Of a DNA stretch of 64,000 bases, positions 49,501-62,849 are shown piece by piece. The DNA is taken from NCBI GenBank assembly GCA_964016885.1, contig OZ024743.1:138198001-138262000 (forward strand). Reading direction: 5' to 3'. Each line of letters starts with the position of its first letter. Positions within the stretch are counted from its first letter, which is position 1. The notes beneath the pieces were generated by a model. The model was not told the origin of the DNA, made no database searches, and saw nothing but the letters and a program-made list of their open reading frames with translations. The translations under genes and the position numbers were made by a program. The stretch comes from Eledone cirrhosa. Taxonomy: Eukaryota.

Positions 49501-52500
49501 GTTATTTGCTGTTTGGTGTTTGGTGTTTGGTGTTTAGTGCTTGGTGCTTGGTGCTTGGTGCTTGGTGCTTGTTGCTTGGTCCTTTGTGTTTGGTTCTTGG
49601 TGTTTGTACTTGGTGCTTGGTACTTGGTGTTTGGTTCTTGGTTCTTGGTGTTTGGTACTTGGTGCTTGGTGCTTGGTGCTTGGTGTTTGGTGTTTGGTGC
49701 TTGGTGTTTGGTGCTTGGTGCTTGGTGCTTGGTGTTAGGTGTTTGGTGCTTGGTGCTTGGTGTTTGGTGCTTGGTGTTTGGTGTTTGCTGTTTGGTGTTT
49801 GGTGCTTGGTGTTTGGTGTTTGCTGTTTGGTGTCTGCTTTTTGGTGATTGGTGTTTGGTGTATGGTGTTTGCTGTTTCGTGTTTGGTGTTTGCTGTTTGG
49901 TGTTTGGTCTTTGGTGCTTGGTGTTTGGTGCTTGGTGCTTGGTGTTTGGTGTTTGGTGCTTGGTGCTTGGTGCTTCGTGTTTGGTGTTTGGTGCTTGGTG
50001 TCTGGAGCTTGGTGTTTGGTGTTTGGTGCTTGGTGTTTGGTGTTTGGTGCTTGGTGCTTGGTGTTTGGTGCTTGGTGCTTGGTGTTTGTGCTTGGTGCTT
50101 GGTGTTTTGTGTTTGGTGCTTGGTGCTTGGTGCTTGGTGTTTGGTGTTTGGTGCTTGGTGCTTGGTGTTTGGTGTTTGGTTCTTGGTGCTTGGTATTTGG
50201 TGCTTGGTGCTTGCTGCTTGGTGTTTGGTGCTTGGTGATTGATGCTTGGTGTTTGATGCTTGGTGCTTGGTGTTTGGTTTTTGGTGCTAGGTGCTTGGTG
50301 CTTGGTGTTTGGTGCTTGGTGTTTGGTGTTTGCTGCTTGGTGCTTGGGGCTTGGTGTTTGGTACTTGGTGCTTGGTGCTTGGTGTTTGGTGCTTGGTGCT
50401 TGGTGTATGGTGTTTGGTGTTTGGTGCTTGGTGTTTGGTGTTTGGTGCTTGGTGCTTGGTGTTTGTTGCTTGGTACTTGGTTCATGGTGTTTGGTGCTGG
50501 GTGCTTGGTGTTTGCTGCTTGGTGCTTGGTGTTTGGTGTTTGGTGCTTGGTGCTTGGTGTTTGTTGCTTGGTACTTGGTGCATGGTGTTTGGTGCTGGGT
50601 GCTTGGTGTTTGGTGCTTGGTGTTTGGTGCTTGGTGCTTGGTGTTTGGTGTTTGGTGTTTGATGCTTGGTGTTTGATGCTTTGTGCTTGGTGCTTGGTGT
50701 TTGGTGCTTGGTGTTTGTACTTGGTGCTTGGTGTTTTGTGCTTGGTTCTTTGTGTTTGGTGTTTGGTGCTTGGTGCTTGGTGCTTGGTGTTAGGTGTTTG
50801 GTGCTTGGTGCTTGGTGTTTGGTGTTTGGTCCTTAGTGCTTGGTGTGTAGTGCTTGGTGCTTGGTGTTTGTTGTTTGGTGCTTTCTGCTTGCTGCTTGGC
50901 GTTTGGTGCTTGGTGCTTGGTGCTTGTGGTTTGGTGTTTGGTGCTAGGTGCTTGGTGTTTGGTGTTTGGTGTTTGATTCTTGGTGTTTGGTGCTTGGTGT
51001 TTGGTGTTTTGTGCTTAGTGCTTGGGGCTTGGTGTTTAGTGCTTGGTGCTTGGTTCTTGGTGTTTGGTGCTTGGTGCTTGGTGTTTGGTGTTTGGTGTTT
51101 GGTGCTTGGTGCTTGGTGTTTGGTGCTTGGTGCTTGGTGCTGGGTGGTTGGTATTTGGTGATTGGTGCTTGGTGTTTGGTGCTTGGTGCTTGGTGCTTGC
51201 TGTTTGGTGCTTGGTGCTTGGTGCTTGGTCTTTGGTGCTTGGTGTTTGGTGCTTGGTGCTTGGTGCTTGGTGTTTGGTGCTTGGTTATTAGTGTTTGGTG
51301 CTTGGTGCTTGGTGTTTGGTGTTTGGTGCTTGGTACTTGGTGTTTGGTGCTTGGTGTTTGATGTTTGCTGTTTGGTGTTTGGTGTTTGCTGTTTGCTGTT
51401 TGCTGTTTGCTTTTTGGTGTTTGGTGTTTGCTGTATGGTGTTTGCTGTTTGGTGTTTGGTGTTTGCTGTTTGGTGTTTGGTGTTTGCTGTTTGGTCTTTG
51501 GTGCTTGGTGTTTGGTGCTTGGTGCTTGGTGTTTGGTGTTTGGTGCTTGGTGCTTGGTGTTTGGTGTTTGTTGCTTGGTGCTTGGTGCTTGGTGTTTGGT
51601 GTTTGGTGTTTGGTGCTTGGTGTCTGGTGCTTGGTGTTTGGTGTTTGGTGTTTGGTGCTTGGTGTTTTGTGTTTGGTGTTTGGTGCTTGGTGTTTGGTGT
51701 TTGGTGTTTGGTGTTTGGTGCTTGTTGCTTGGTGCTTGGTGCTTGGTGTTTGGTTCTTGGTTCTTGGTGTTTGGTACTTGGTGCTTGGTGTTTGGTGCTG
51801 GGTGCTTGGTGTTTGGTGCTTGGTGCTTGGTGCTTGCTGTTTGGTGTTTGGTGCTTGGTGCTTGGTGTTTGGTGTTTGGTGTTATATGCTTGGTGTTTGA
51901 TGCTTGGTGCTTGGTGCTTGGTATTTGGTGTTTGGTGCTTGGTGTTTGTACTTGGTGCTTGGTTCTTGGTTCTTGGTGCTTGGTGCTTGGTGCTTGGTGC
52001 TTGGTGCTTGGTGTTTGGTGCTTGGTGTTTGGTGCTTGGTGTTTGGTGCTTGGTGTTTGGTGCTTGGTGCCTGGTGCTTGGTGCTTGGTGCTTGGTGTTT
52101 GGTGCTTGGTGTTTGGTGCTTGGTGTTAGGTGTTTGGTGCTTGGTGCTTGGTGTTTGGTGTTTGGTGCTTGGTGTTTGGTGCTTGGTGCTTGGTGTTTGG
52201 TGTTTGGTGCTTGGTGTTTGGTGCTTGGTACTTGGTGCTTGGTGCTTGGTGTTAGGTGTTTGGTGCTTGGTGCTTGGTGTTTGGTTTTTGGTGCTTGGTG
52301 CTTGGTGTTTGGTGTTTGGTGCTTGCTGCTGGCTGCTTGGTGTTTGGTGCTTGGTGATTGGTGCTTGGTGTTTGGTGCTTGGTGTTTGGTGTTTGGTACT
52401 AGGTGCTTGGTGTTTGGTGTTTGGTGCTTGGTGCTTGGTGTTTGGTGTTTGGTGTTTGGTGCTTGGTGCTTGGTGCTTGGTGCTGGGTCGTTGGTGTTTG

Positions 52501-55500
52501 GTGCTTGGTGATTAGTGTTTGGTGCTAGGTGCTTGGGGTTTGGTGTTTGGTGCTTGGTGCATGGTGTTTGGTGCTTGGTGCTTGGTGTTTGGTGCTTGGT
52601 GCTTGGTGTTTGGTGTTTGCTGTTTGCTGTTTGGTGTTTGTTGTTTGGTGTTTGTTGATTGGTGTTTGCTGTTTGGTGTTTGGTATTTGGTGTTTGCTGT
52701 TTGGTGTCTGCTTTTTGGTGTTTGGTGTTTGCTGTATGTTGTTTGCTGTTTGGTGTTTGGTGTTTGGTGTTTCGTGTTTGCTGCTTGGTGCTTGGGGATT
52801 GGTGTTTGGTGCCTGGTGCTTGGTACTTGGTTGTTTGGTGTTTGGTGCTTGGTGCTTGGTGTTTTGTGTTTGGTGTTTGGTTTTTGGTGCTTGGTGCTTG
52901 GTGCTTGGCGCTTGGTCCTTGGTGTTTGGTGCTTGGTGCTTGGTGTTTGTACTTGGTGCTTGGTGCTTGGTGTTTGGTTCTTGGTTCTTGGTGTTTGGTA
53001 CTTGGTGCTTGGTGCTTGGTGCTTGGTGTTTGGTGTTTGGTGCTTGGTGTTTGGTGCTTGGTGCTTGGTGCTTGGTGCTTGGTGTTAGGTGTTTGGTGCT
53101 TGGTGCTTGGTGTTTGGTGCTTGGTGTTTGCTGTTTGGTGTTTGGTGTTTGGTGTTTGGTGTTTGCTGTTTGGTGTCTGCTTTTTGGTGTTTGGTGTTTG
53201 CTGTATGGTGTTTGCTGTTTCGTGTTTGGTGTTTGCTGTTTGGTGTTTGGTGCTTCGTGTTTGGTGTTTGTTTTTGGTGCTTGGTGTCTGGTGCTTGATG
53301 TTTGGTGTTTGGTGCTTGGTGTTTGGTGTTTGGTGCTTGGTGCTTGGTGTTTGGTGCTTGGTGCTTGGTGTTTGGTGTTTGGTTCTTGGTGCTTGGTATT
53401 TGGTGCTTGGTGCTTGCTGCTTGGTGTTTGGTGTTTGGTGATTGATGCTTGGTGTTTGGTGCTTGGTGCTCAGTGTTTGGTTTTTGGTGCTAGGTGCTTG
53501 GTGCATGGTGTTTGGTGCTTGGTGTTTGGTGTTTGGTGGTTGGTGCTTGGGGATTGGTGTTTGGTACTTGGTGCTTGGTGCTTGGTGTTTGGTGCTTGGT
53601 GCTTGGTGTTTGGTGTTTGGTGCTTGGTGCATGGTGTTTGGTGCTTGGTGCTTGGTGTTTGGTGTTTGGTGCTTGGTGCTTGGTGTTTGGTGCTTGGTGC
53701 TTGGTGCTTGTTGTTTGGTGATTGGTGCTTGGTGCTTGGTGTTTGGTGTTTGGTGTTTGATGCTTGGTGTTTGGTGTTTGGTGCTTGGTGCTTGGGGCTT
53801 GGTGTTTGGTGCTTGGTGCTTGGTGCTTGGTGTATGGTGCTTGGTGCTTGGTGTTTGGTGTCTGGTGTTTGGTGCTTGGTGCTTGGTGTTTGGTGCTTGG
53901 TGCTTGGTGCTGGGTGGTTGGTATTTGGTGCTTGGTGCTTGGTGTTTGGTGCTTGGTGCTTGGTGCTTGGTGTTTGGTGCTTGGTGCTTGGTGCTTGGTC
54001 TTTGGTGCTTGGTGTTTGGTGTTTGGTGCTTGGTGCTTTGTGTTTGGTGCTTGGTGATTAGTGTTTGGTGCTTGGTGCTTGGGGTTTGGTGTTTGGTGCT
54101 TGGTACTTGGTGTTTGGTGCTTGGTGTTTGGTGTTTGCTGTTTGGTGTTTGGTGTTTGGTGTTTGCTGTTTGGTGTCTGCTTTTTGGTGTTTGGTGTTTG
54201 CTGTATGATGTTTGCTGTTTCGTGTTTGGTGTTTGCTGTTTGGTGTTTGGTGTTTGCTGTTTGGTGTTTGGTCTTTGGTGCTTGGTGTTTGGTGCTTAGT
54301 GCTGGGTGTTTGGTGTTTGGTGCTTGGTGTTTGGTGTTTGGTGCTTGGTGCTTGGTGCTTGGTGTTTGCTGTTTGGTGTTTGGTGCTTGGTGTCTGGTGC
54401 TTGGTGTTTGGTGTTTGGTGTTTGGTGCTTGGTGTTTGGTGTTTGGTGTTTGGTGCTTGTTGCTTGGTGCTTGTTGCTTGGTGTTTGGTGCTTGGTGCTT
54501 GGTGTTTGGTGCTTGGTGTTTGGTGCTTGGTGCCTGCTGCTTGGTGCTTGGTGCTTGCTGTTTGGTGCTTGGTGTTTGGTGCTTGGTATTAGGTATTTGG
54601 TGCTTGGTGCTTGGTGTTTGGTGTTTGGTGCTTGGTGTTTGGTGCTTGGTGCTTGGTGTTTGGTGTTTGGTGCTTGGTGTTTGGTGCTTGGTACTTGGTG
54701 CTTGGTGCTTGGTGTTAGGTGTTTGGTGCTTGGTGCTTGGTGTTTGGTTTTTGGTGCTTGGTGCTTGGTGTTTGGTGTTTGGTGCTTGCTGCTGGCTGCT
54801 TGGTGTTTGGTGCTTGGTGATAGGTGCTTGGTGTTTGGTGCTTGGTGTTTGGTGTTTGGTACTAGGTGCTTGGTGCTTGGTGTGTGGTGCTTGGTGCTTT
54901 GGTTTGGTGTTTGGTGCTTGGTGCTTGGTGTTTGGTGCTTGGTGCTGGGTTCTGGGTGGTTGGTCTTTGGTGCTTGGTGTTTGGTGCTGGGTGCTTGGTG
55001 TTTGGTGCTTGGTGCTTGGTCTTTGGTGTTTGGTGTTTGGTGTTTGGTGTTTGGTGCTTGGTGCTTGGTGCTTGGTGTTTGGTGCTTGGTGCTTGGTGTT
55101 TTGTGCTTGGTGCTTAGTGTTTGGTGCTTGGTGCTTGGTCTTTGGTGTTTGGTGTTTGGTGTTTGGTGCTTGGTGCATGGTGTTTGGTGTTTGGTGTTTG
55201 CTGTTTGGTGTTTGGTGTTTGCTGTTTGGTGTTTGGTCTTTGGTGCTTGGTGTTTGGTGCTTGGTGCTTGGTGTTTGGTGTTTGGTGCTTGGTGTTTGGT
55301 GTTTGGTGCTTGGTGCTTGGTGCTTGGTGTTTGGTGTTTGGTGTTTGGTGCTTGGTGTCTGGTGCTTGGTGTTTGGTGTTTGGTGTTTGGTGCTTGGTGT
55401 TTGGTGTTTGGTGTTTGGTGTTTGGTGCTTGTTGCTTGGTACTTGGTGCTTGGTGTTTGGGGCTTGGTGCTTGGTGTTTGGTGCTGGGTGCTTGGTGTTT

Positions 55501-58500
55501 GGTGCTTGGTGCTTGGTGCTTGGTGTTTGGTGTTTGGTGCTTGGTGCTTGGTGCTTGGTGTTTGGTGTTTGTTGCTTGGTGTTTTATGCTTGGTGTTTGA
55601 TGTTTGGTGCTTGGTTCTTGGTGTTTGGTGCTTGGTGCTTGGTGTTTGTACTTGGTGCTTGGTGCTTGGTTCTTGGTGTTTGGTGCTTGGTGCTTGGTGC
55701 TTGGTGCTTGGTGTTTGGTGCTTGGTGTTTGGTGCTTGGTGTTTGGTGCTTGGTGCCTGGTGCTTGGTGCTTGGTGCTTGGTGTTTGGTGCTTGGTGTTT
55801 GGTGCTTGGTATTAGGTGTTTGGTGCTTGGTGCTTGGTGTTTGGTGTTTGGTGCTTGGTGTTTGGTGCTTGGTGCTTGGTTTTTGGTGTTTGGTGCTTGG
55901 TGTTTGGTGCTTGGTACTTGGTGCTTGGTGCTTGGTGTTAGGTGTTTGGTGCTTGGTGCTTGGTGTTTGGTTTTTGTTGCTTGGTGCTTGGTGTTTGGTT
56001 TTTGGTGCTTGCTGCTGGCTGCTTGGTGTTTGGTGCTTGGTGATTGGTGCTTGGTGTTTGGTGCTTGGTGTTTGGTGTTTGGTACTAGGTGCTTGGTGCT
56101 TGGTGTTTGGTGCTTGGTGCTTGGTGTTTGGTGTTTGGTGCTTGGTGCTTGGTGTTTGGTGCTTGGTGCTGGGTGCTGGGTGGTTGGTGTTTGGTGTTTG
56201 GTGTTTGGTGCTGGGTGCTTGGTGTTTGGTGCTTGGTGCTTGGTCTTTGGTGTTTGGTGTTTGGTGTTTGGTGCTTGGTGCTTGGTGCTTCGTGTTTGGT
56301 GCTTGGTGCTTGGTGTTTGGTGCTTGGTGCTTAGTGTTTGGTGCTAGGTGCTTGGGGTTTGGTGTTTGGTGCTTGGTGCTTGGTGTTTGGTGCTTGGTGC
56401 TTGGTGTTTGGTGTTTGGTGCTTGGTGCTTGGTGTTTGGTGTTTGGTGTTTGCTGTTTGGTGTTTGGTGTTTGGTGTTTGCTGTTTGGTGTCTGCTTTTT
56501 GGTGTTTGGTGTTGGCTGTATGTTATTTGCTGTTTGGTGTTTGGTGTTTGGTATTTAGTGCTTGGTGCTTGGTGTTTGGTGTTTGGTGCTTGGTGCTTGG
56601 AATTTGGTGTTTGGTGCTTGGTGCTTGGTGTTTTGTGTTTGGTGTTTGGTTTTTGGTGCTTGGTGCTTGGTGCTTGTTGCTTGGTCCTTTGTGTTTGGTT
56701 CTTGGTGCTTGGTGTTTGTACTTGGTGCTTGGTGCTTGGTGTTTGGTTCTTGGTTCTTGGTGTTTGGTACTTGGTGCTTGGTGCTTGGTGCTTGGTGTTT
56801 GGTGTTTGGTGCTTGGTGTTTGGTGCTTGGTGCTTGGTGCTTGGTGTTAGGTGTTTGGTGCTTGGTGCTTGGTGTTTGGTGCTTGGTGTTTGGTGTTTGC
56901 TGTTTGGTGTTTGGTGCTTGGTGTTTGGTGTTTGCTGTTTGGTGTCTGCTTTTTGGTGATTGGTGTTTGGTGTATGGTGTTTGCTGTTTCGTGTTTGGTG
57001 TTTGCTGTTTGGTGTTTGGTCTTTGGTGCTTGGTGTTTGGTGCTTGGTGCTTGGTGTTTGGTGTTTGGTGCTTGGTGCTTGGTGCTTCGTGTTTGGTGTT
57101 TGGTGCTTGGTGTCTGGAGCTTGGTGTTTGGTGTTTGGTGCTTGGTGTTTGGTGTTTGGTGCTTGGTGCTTGGTGTTTGGTGCTTGGTGCTTGGTGTTTG
57201 TGCTTGGTGCTTGGTGTTTGGTGTTTGGTGCTTGGTGCTTGGTGCTTGGTGTTTGGTGTTTGGTGCTTGGTGCTTGGTGTTTGGTGTTTGGTTCTTGGTG
57301 CTTGGTATTTGGTGCTTGGTGCTTGCTGCTTGGTGTTTGGTGCTTGGTGATTGATGCTTGGTGTTTGATGCTTGGTGCTTGGTGTTTGGTTTTTGGTGCT
57401 AGGTTCTTGGTGCTTGGTGTTTGGTGCTTGGTGTTTGGTGTTTGCTGCTTGGTGCTTGGGGCTTGGTGTTTGGTACTTGGTGCTTGGTGCTTGGTGTTTG
57501 GTGCTTGGTGCTTGGTGTATGGTGTTTGGTGTTTGGTGCTTGGTGTTTGGTGTTTGGTGCTTGGTGCTTGGTGTTTGTTGCTTGGTACTTGGTTCATGGT
57601 GTTTGGTGCTGGGTGCTTGGTGTTTGCTGCTTGGTGCTTGGTGTTTGGTGTTTGGTGCTTGGTGTTTGGTGTTTGGTGCTTGGTGCTTGGTGTTTGTTGC
57701 TTGGTACTTGGTGCATGGTGTTTGGTGCTGGGTGCTTGGTGTTTGGTGCTTGGTGTTTGGTGCTTGGTGCTTGGTGTTTGGTGTTTGGTGTTTGATGCTT
57801 GGTGTTTGATGCTTGGTGCTTGGTGCTTGGTGTTTGGTGCTTGGTGTTTGTACTTGGTGCTTGGTGTTTTGTGCTTGGTTCTTTGTGTTTGGTGTTTGGT
57901 GCTTGGTGCTTGGTGCTTGGTGTTAGGTGTTTGGTGCTTGGTGCTTGGTGTTTGGTGTTTGGTCCTTAGTGCTTGGTGTTTAGTGCTTGGTGCTTGGTGT
58001 TTGTTGTTTGGTGCTTTCTGCTTGCTGCTTGGCGTTTGGTGCTTGGTGCTTGGTGCTTGTGGTTTGGTGTTTGGTGCTAGGTGCTTGGTGTTTGGTGTTT
58101 GGTGTTTGATTCTTGGTGTTTGGTGCTTGGTGTTTGGTGTTTTGTGCTTAGTGCTTGGGGCTTGGTGTTTAGTGCTTGGTGCTTGGTGCTTGGTGTTTGG
58201 TGCTTGGTGCTTGGTGTTTGGTGTTTGGTGTTTGGTGCTTGGTGCTTGGTGTTTGGTGCTTGGTGCTTGGTGCTGGGTGGTTGGTATTTGGTGATTGGTG
58301 CTTGGTGTTTGGTGCTTGGTGCTTGGTGCTTGCTGTTTGGTGCTTGGTGCTTGGTGCTTGGTCTTTGGTGCTTGGTGTTTGGTGCTTGGTGCTTGGTGCT
58401 TGGTGTTTGGTGCTTGGTGATTAGTGTTTGGTGCTTGGTGCTTGGGGTTTGGTGTTTGGTGCTTGGTACTTGGTGTTTGGTGCTTGGTGTTTGGTGTTTG

Positions 58501-61500
58501 CTGTTTGGTGTTTGGTGTTTGCTGTTTGCTGTTTGCTGTTTGCTTTTTGGTGTTTGGTGTTTGCTGTATGGTGTTTGCTGTTTGGTGTTTGGTGTTTGCT
58601 GTTTGGTGTTTGGTGTTTGCTGTTTGGTCTTTGGTGCTTGGTGTTTGGTGCTTGGTGCTTGGTGTTTGGTGTTTGGTGCTTGGTGCTTGGTGTTTGGTGT
58701 TTGTTGCTTGGTGCTTGGTGCTTGGTGTTTGGTGTTTGGTGTTTGGTGCTTGGTGTCTGGTGCTTGGTGTTTGGTGTTTGGTGTTTGGTGCTTGGTGTTT
58801 TGTGTTTGGTGTTTGGTGCTTGGTGTTTGGTGTTTGGTGTTTGGTGTTTGGTGCTTGTTGCTTGGTGCTTGGTGCTTGGTGTTTGGTTCTTGGTTCTTGG
58901 TGTTTGGTACTTGGTGCTTGGTGTTTGGTGCTGGGTGCTTGGTGTTTGGTGCTTGGTGCTTGGTGCTTGCTGTTTGGTGTTTGGTGCTTGGTGCTTGGTG
59001 TTTGGTGTTTGGTGTTATATGCTTGGTGTTTGATGCTTGGTGCTTGGTGCTTGGTATTTGGTGTTTGGTGCTTGGTGTTTGTACTTGGTGCTTGGTTCTT
59101 GGTTCTTGGTGCTTGGTGCTTGGTGCTTGGTGCTTGGTGCTTGGTGTTTGGTGCTTGGTGTTTGGTGCTTGGTGTTTGGTGCTTGGTGCCTGGTGCTTGG
59201 TGCTTGGTGCTTGGTGTTTGGTGCTTGGTGTTTGGTGCTTGGTGTTAGGTGTTTGGTGCTTGGTGCTTGGTGTTTGGTGTTTGGTGCTTGGTGTTTGGTG
59301 CTTGGTGCTTGGTGTTTGGTGTTTGGTGCTTGGTGTTTGGTGCTTGGTACTTGGTGCTTGGTGCTTGGTGTTAGGTGTTTGGTGCTTGGTGCTTGGTGTT
59401 TGGTTTTTGGTGCTTGGTGCTTGGTGTTTGGTGTTTGGTGCTTGCTGCTGGCTGCTTGGTGTTTGGTGCTTGGTGATTGGTGCTTGGTGTTTGGTGCTTG
59501 GTGTTTGGTGTTTGGTACTAGGTGCTTGGTGTTTGGTGTTTGGTGCTTGGTGCTTGGTGTTTGGTGTTTGGTGTTTGGTGCTTGGTGCTTGGTGCTTGGT
59601 GCTGGGTGGTTGGTGTTTGGTGCTTGGTGATTAGTGTTTGGTGCTAGGTGCTTGGGGTTTGGTGTTTGGTGCTTGGTGCATGGTGTTTGGTGCTTGGTGC
59701 TTGGTGTTTGGTGCTTGGTGCTTGGTGTTTGGTGTTTGCTGTTTGCTGTTTGGTGTTTGTTGTTTGGTGTTTGTTGATTGGTGTTTGCTGTTTGGTGTTT
59801 GGTATTTGGTGTTTGCTGTTTGGTGTCTGCTTTTTGGTGTTTGGTGTTTGCTGTATGTTGTTTGCTGTTTGGTGTTTGGTGTTTGGTGTTTCGTGTTTGC
59901 TGCTTGGTGCTTGGGGCTTGGTGTTTGGTGCCTGGTGCTTGGTACTTGGTTGTTTGGTGTTTGGTGCTTGGTGCTTGGTGTTTTGTGTTTGGTGTTTGGT
60001 TTTTGGTGCTTGGTGCTTGGTGCTTGGCGCTTGGTCCTTGGTGTTTGGTGCTTGGTGCTTGGTGTTTGTACTTGGTGCTTGGTGCTTGGTGTTTGGTGTT
60101 TGGTGCTTGGTGTTTGGTGCTTGGTGCTTGGTGCTTGGTGCTTGGTGTTAGGTGTTTGGTGCTTGGTGCTTGGTGTTTGGTGCTTGGTGTTTGCTGTTTG
60201 GTGTTTGGTGTTTGGTGTTTGGTGTTTGCTGTTTGGTGTCTGCTTTTTGGTGTTTGGTGTTTGCTGTATGGTGTTTGCTGTTTCGTGTTTGGTGTTTGCT
60301 GTTTGGTGTTTGGTGCTTCGTGTTTGGTGTTTGTTTTTGGTGCTTGGTGTCTGGTGCTTGATGTTTGGTGTTTGGTGCTTGGTGTTTGGTGTTTGGTGCT
60401 TGGTGCTTGGTGTTTGGTGCTTGGTGCTTGGTGTTTGGTGTTTGGTGCTTGGTGCTTGGTGTTTGGTGCTTGGTGCTTGGTGTTTGGTGTTTGGTTCTTG
60501 GTGCTTGGTATTTGGTGCTTGGTGCTTGCTGCTTGGTGTTTGGTGTTTGGTGATTGATGCTTGGTGTTTGGTGCTTGGTGCTCAGTGTTTGGTTTTTGGT
60601 GCTAGGTGCTTGGTGCATGGTGTTTGGTGCTTGGTGTTTGGTGTTTGGTGGTTGGTGCTTGGGGATTGGTGTTTGGTACTTGGTGCTTGGTGCTTGGTGT
60701 TTGGTGCTTGGTGCTTGGTGTTTGGTGTTTGGTGCTTGGTGCATGGTGTTTGGTGCTTGGTGCTTGGTGTTTGGTGTTTGGTGCTTGGTGCTTGGTGTTT
60801 GGTGCTTGGTGCTTGGTGCTTGTTATTTGGTGATTGGTGCTTGGTGCTTGGTGTTTGGTGTTTGGTGTTTGATGCTTGGTGTTTGGTGTTTGGTGCTTGG
60901 TGCTTGGGGCTTGGTGTTTGGTGCTTGGTGCTTGGTGCTTGGTGTATGGTGCTTGGTGCTTGGTGTTTGGTGTCTGGTGTTTGGTGCTTGGTGCTTGGTG
61001 TTTGGTGCTTGGTGCTTGGTGCTGGGTGGTTGGTATTTGGTGCTTGGTGCTTGGTGTTTGGTGCTTGGTGCTTGGTGCTTGGTGTTTGGTGCTTGGTGCT
61101 TGGTGCTTGGTCTTTGGTGCTTGGTGTTTGGTGTTTGGTGCTTGGTGCTTTGTGTTTGGTGCTTGGTGATTAGTGTTTGGTGCTTGGTGCTTGGGGTTTG
61201 GTGTTTGGTGCTTGGTACTTGGTGTTTGGTGCTTGGTGTTTGGTGTTTGCTGTTTGGTGTTTGGTGTTTGGTGTTTGCTGTTTGGTGTCTGCTTTTTGGT
61301 GTTTGGTGTTTGCTGTATGATGTTTGCTGTTTCGTGTTTGGTGTTTGCTGTTTGGTGTTTGGTGTTTGCTGTTTGGTGTTTGGTCTTTGGTGCTTGGTGT
61401 TTGGTGCTTAGTGCTGGGTGTTTGGTGTTTGGTGCTTGGTGTTTGGTGTTTGGTGCTTGGTGCTTGGTGCTTGGTGTTTGCTGTTTGGTGTTTGGTGCTT

Positions 61501-62250
61501 GGTGTCTGGTGCTTGGTGTTTGGTGTTTGGTGTTTGGTGCTTGGTGTTTGGTGTTTGGTGTTTGGTGCTTGTTGCTTGGTGCTTGTTGCTTGGTGTTTGG
61601 TGCTTGGTGCTTGGTGTTTGGTGCTTGGTGTTTGGTGCTTGGTGCCTGGTGCTTGGTGCTTGGTGCTTGCTGTTTGGTGCTTGGTGTTTGGTGCTTGGTA
61701 TTAGGTATTTGGTGCTTGGTGCTTGGTGTTTGGTGTTTGGTGCTTGGTGTTTGGTGCTTGGTGCTTGGTGTTTGGTGTTTGGTGCTTGGTGTTTGGTGCT
61801 TGGTACTTGGTGCTTGGTGCTTGGTGTTAGGTGTTTGGTGCTTGGTGCTTGGTGTTTGGTTTTTGGTGCTTGGTGCTTGGTGTTTGGTGTTTGGTGCTTG
61901 CTGCTGGCTGCTTGGTGTTTGGTGCTTGGTGATAGGTGCTTGGTGTTTGGTGCTTGGTGTTTGGTGTTTGGTACTAGGTGCTTGGTGCTTGGTGTGTGGT
62001 GCTTGGTGCTTTGGTTTGGTGTTTGGTGCTTGGTGCTTGGTGTTTGGTGCTTGGTGCTGGGTTCTGGGTGGTTGGTCTTTGGTGCTTGGTGTTTGGTGCT
62101 GGGTGCTTGGTGTTTGGTGCTTGGTGCTTGGTCTTTGGTGTTTGGTGTTTGGTGTTTGGTGTTTGGTGCTTGGTGCTTGGTGCTTGGTGTTTGGTGCTTG
62201 GTGCTTGGTGTTTGGTGCTTGGTGCTTAGTGTTTGGTGCTAGGTGCTTGG
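46550..62250. repeat. Right-hand higher-order tandem block, period ~6.3-7.3 kb (typically 7112-7133 bp), about 2.3 copies
   Basis: Offsets 6315 (47127/53442), 7280 (48324/55604), 7112 (49739/56851, 54061/61173), 7133 (51904/59037), 7119 (52519/59638). TCAGTGT at 47155, 53470 and 60582. Confidence 0.92.
49110..49550. repeat. Local 259-bp (37-unit) duplication
   Basis: TTGGCTGTATGTTATTTGC at ~49232 and ~49491; pseudo-ORF ends 49278/49537. Confidence 0.88.
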
Positions 62251-62849
62251 GGTTTGGTGTTTGGTGCTTGGTGCTTGGTGTTTGGTGCTTGGTGCTTGGT
62301 GTTTGGTGTTTGGTGCTTGGTGCTTGGTGTTTGGTGTTTGCTGTTTGCTGTTTGGTGTTTGTTGTTTGGTGTTTGTTGTTTGGTGTTTGCTGTTTGGTGT
62401 TTGGTGTTTGGTGTTTGCTGTTTGGTGTCTGCTTTTTGGTGTTTGGTGTTTGCTGTATGTTATTTGCTGTTTGGTGTTTGGTGTTTGGTGTTTGGTGCAG
62501 GGTGCTTGGTGTTTGGTGCTTGGTGCTTGGTGTTTGGTGCCTGGTGCTTGGTGCTTGGTGTTTGGTGTTTGGTGCTTGGAGTTTGGTGTTTGGTGCTTGC
62601 TGCTTGGTGTTTTGTGTTTGGTGTTTGGTTTTTGGTGCTTGGTGCTTGGTGCTTGGTGCTTGGTCCTTGGTGTTTGGTGCTTGGTGCTTGGTGTTTGTAC
62701 TTGGTGCTTGGTGCTTGGTGTTTGGTTCTTGGTTCTTGGTGTTTGGTGCTTGGTGCTTGGTGCTTGGTGTTTGGTGTTTGGTGCTTGGTGCTTGGTGTTT
62801 GGTGCTTGGTGTTTGGTGTTTGCTGTTTGGTGTTTCGTGTTTGGTGTTT

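Noticed and set aside
49502-53632. 1376-aa minus-strand ORF (KHQ[A/T]P[S/N]T)n, and similar ORFs at 15240-18155 and 40737-43340
   Set aside because: The minus strand is nearly T-free, so stops are rare by composition. The ORFs pass through 6-bp and 8-bp units and 7-bp indels with no sign of frame constraint, and paralogous copies have different ORF boundaries. Resemblance to mucin or heptad-repeat proteins is superficial.
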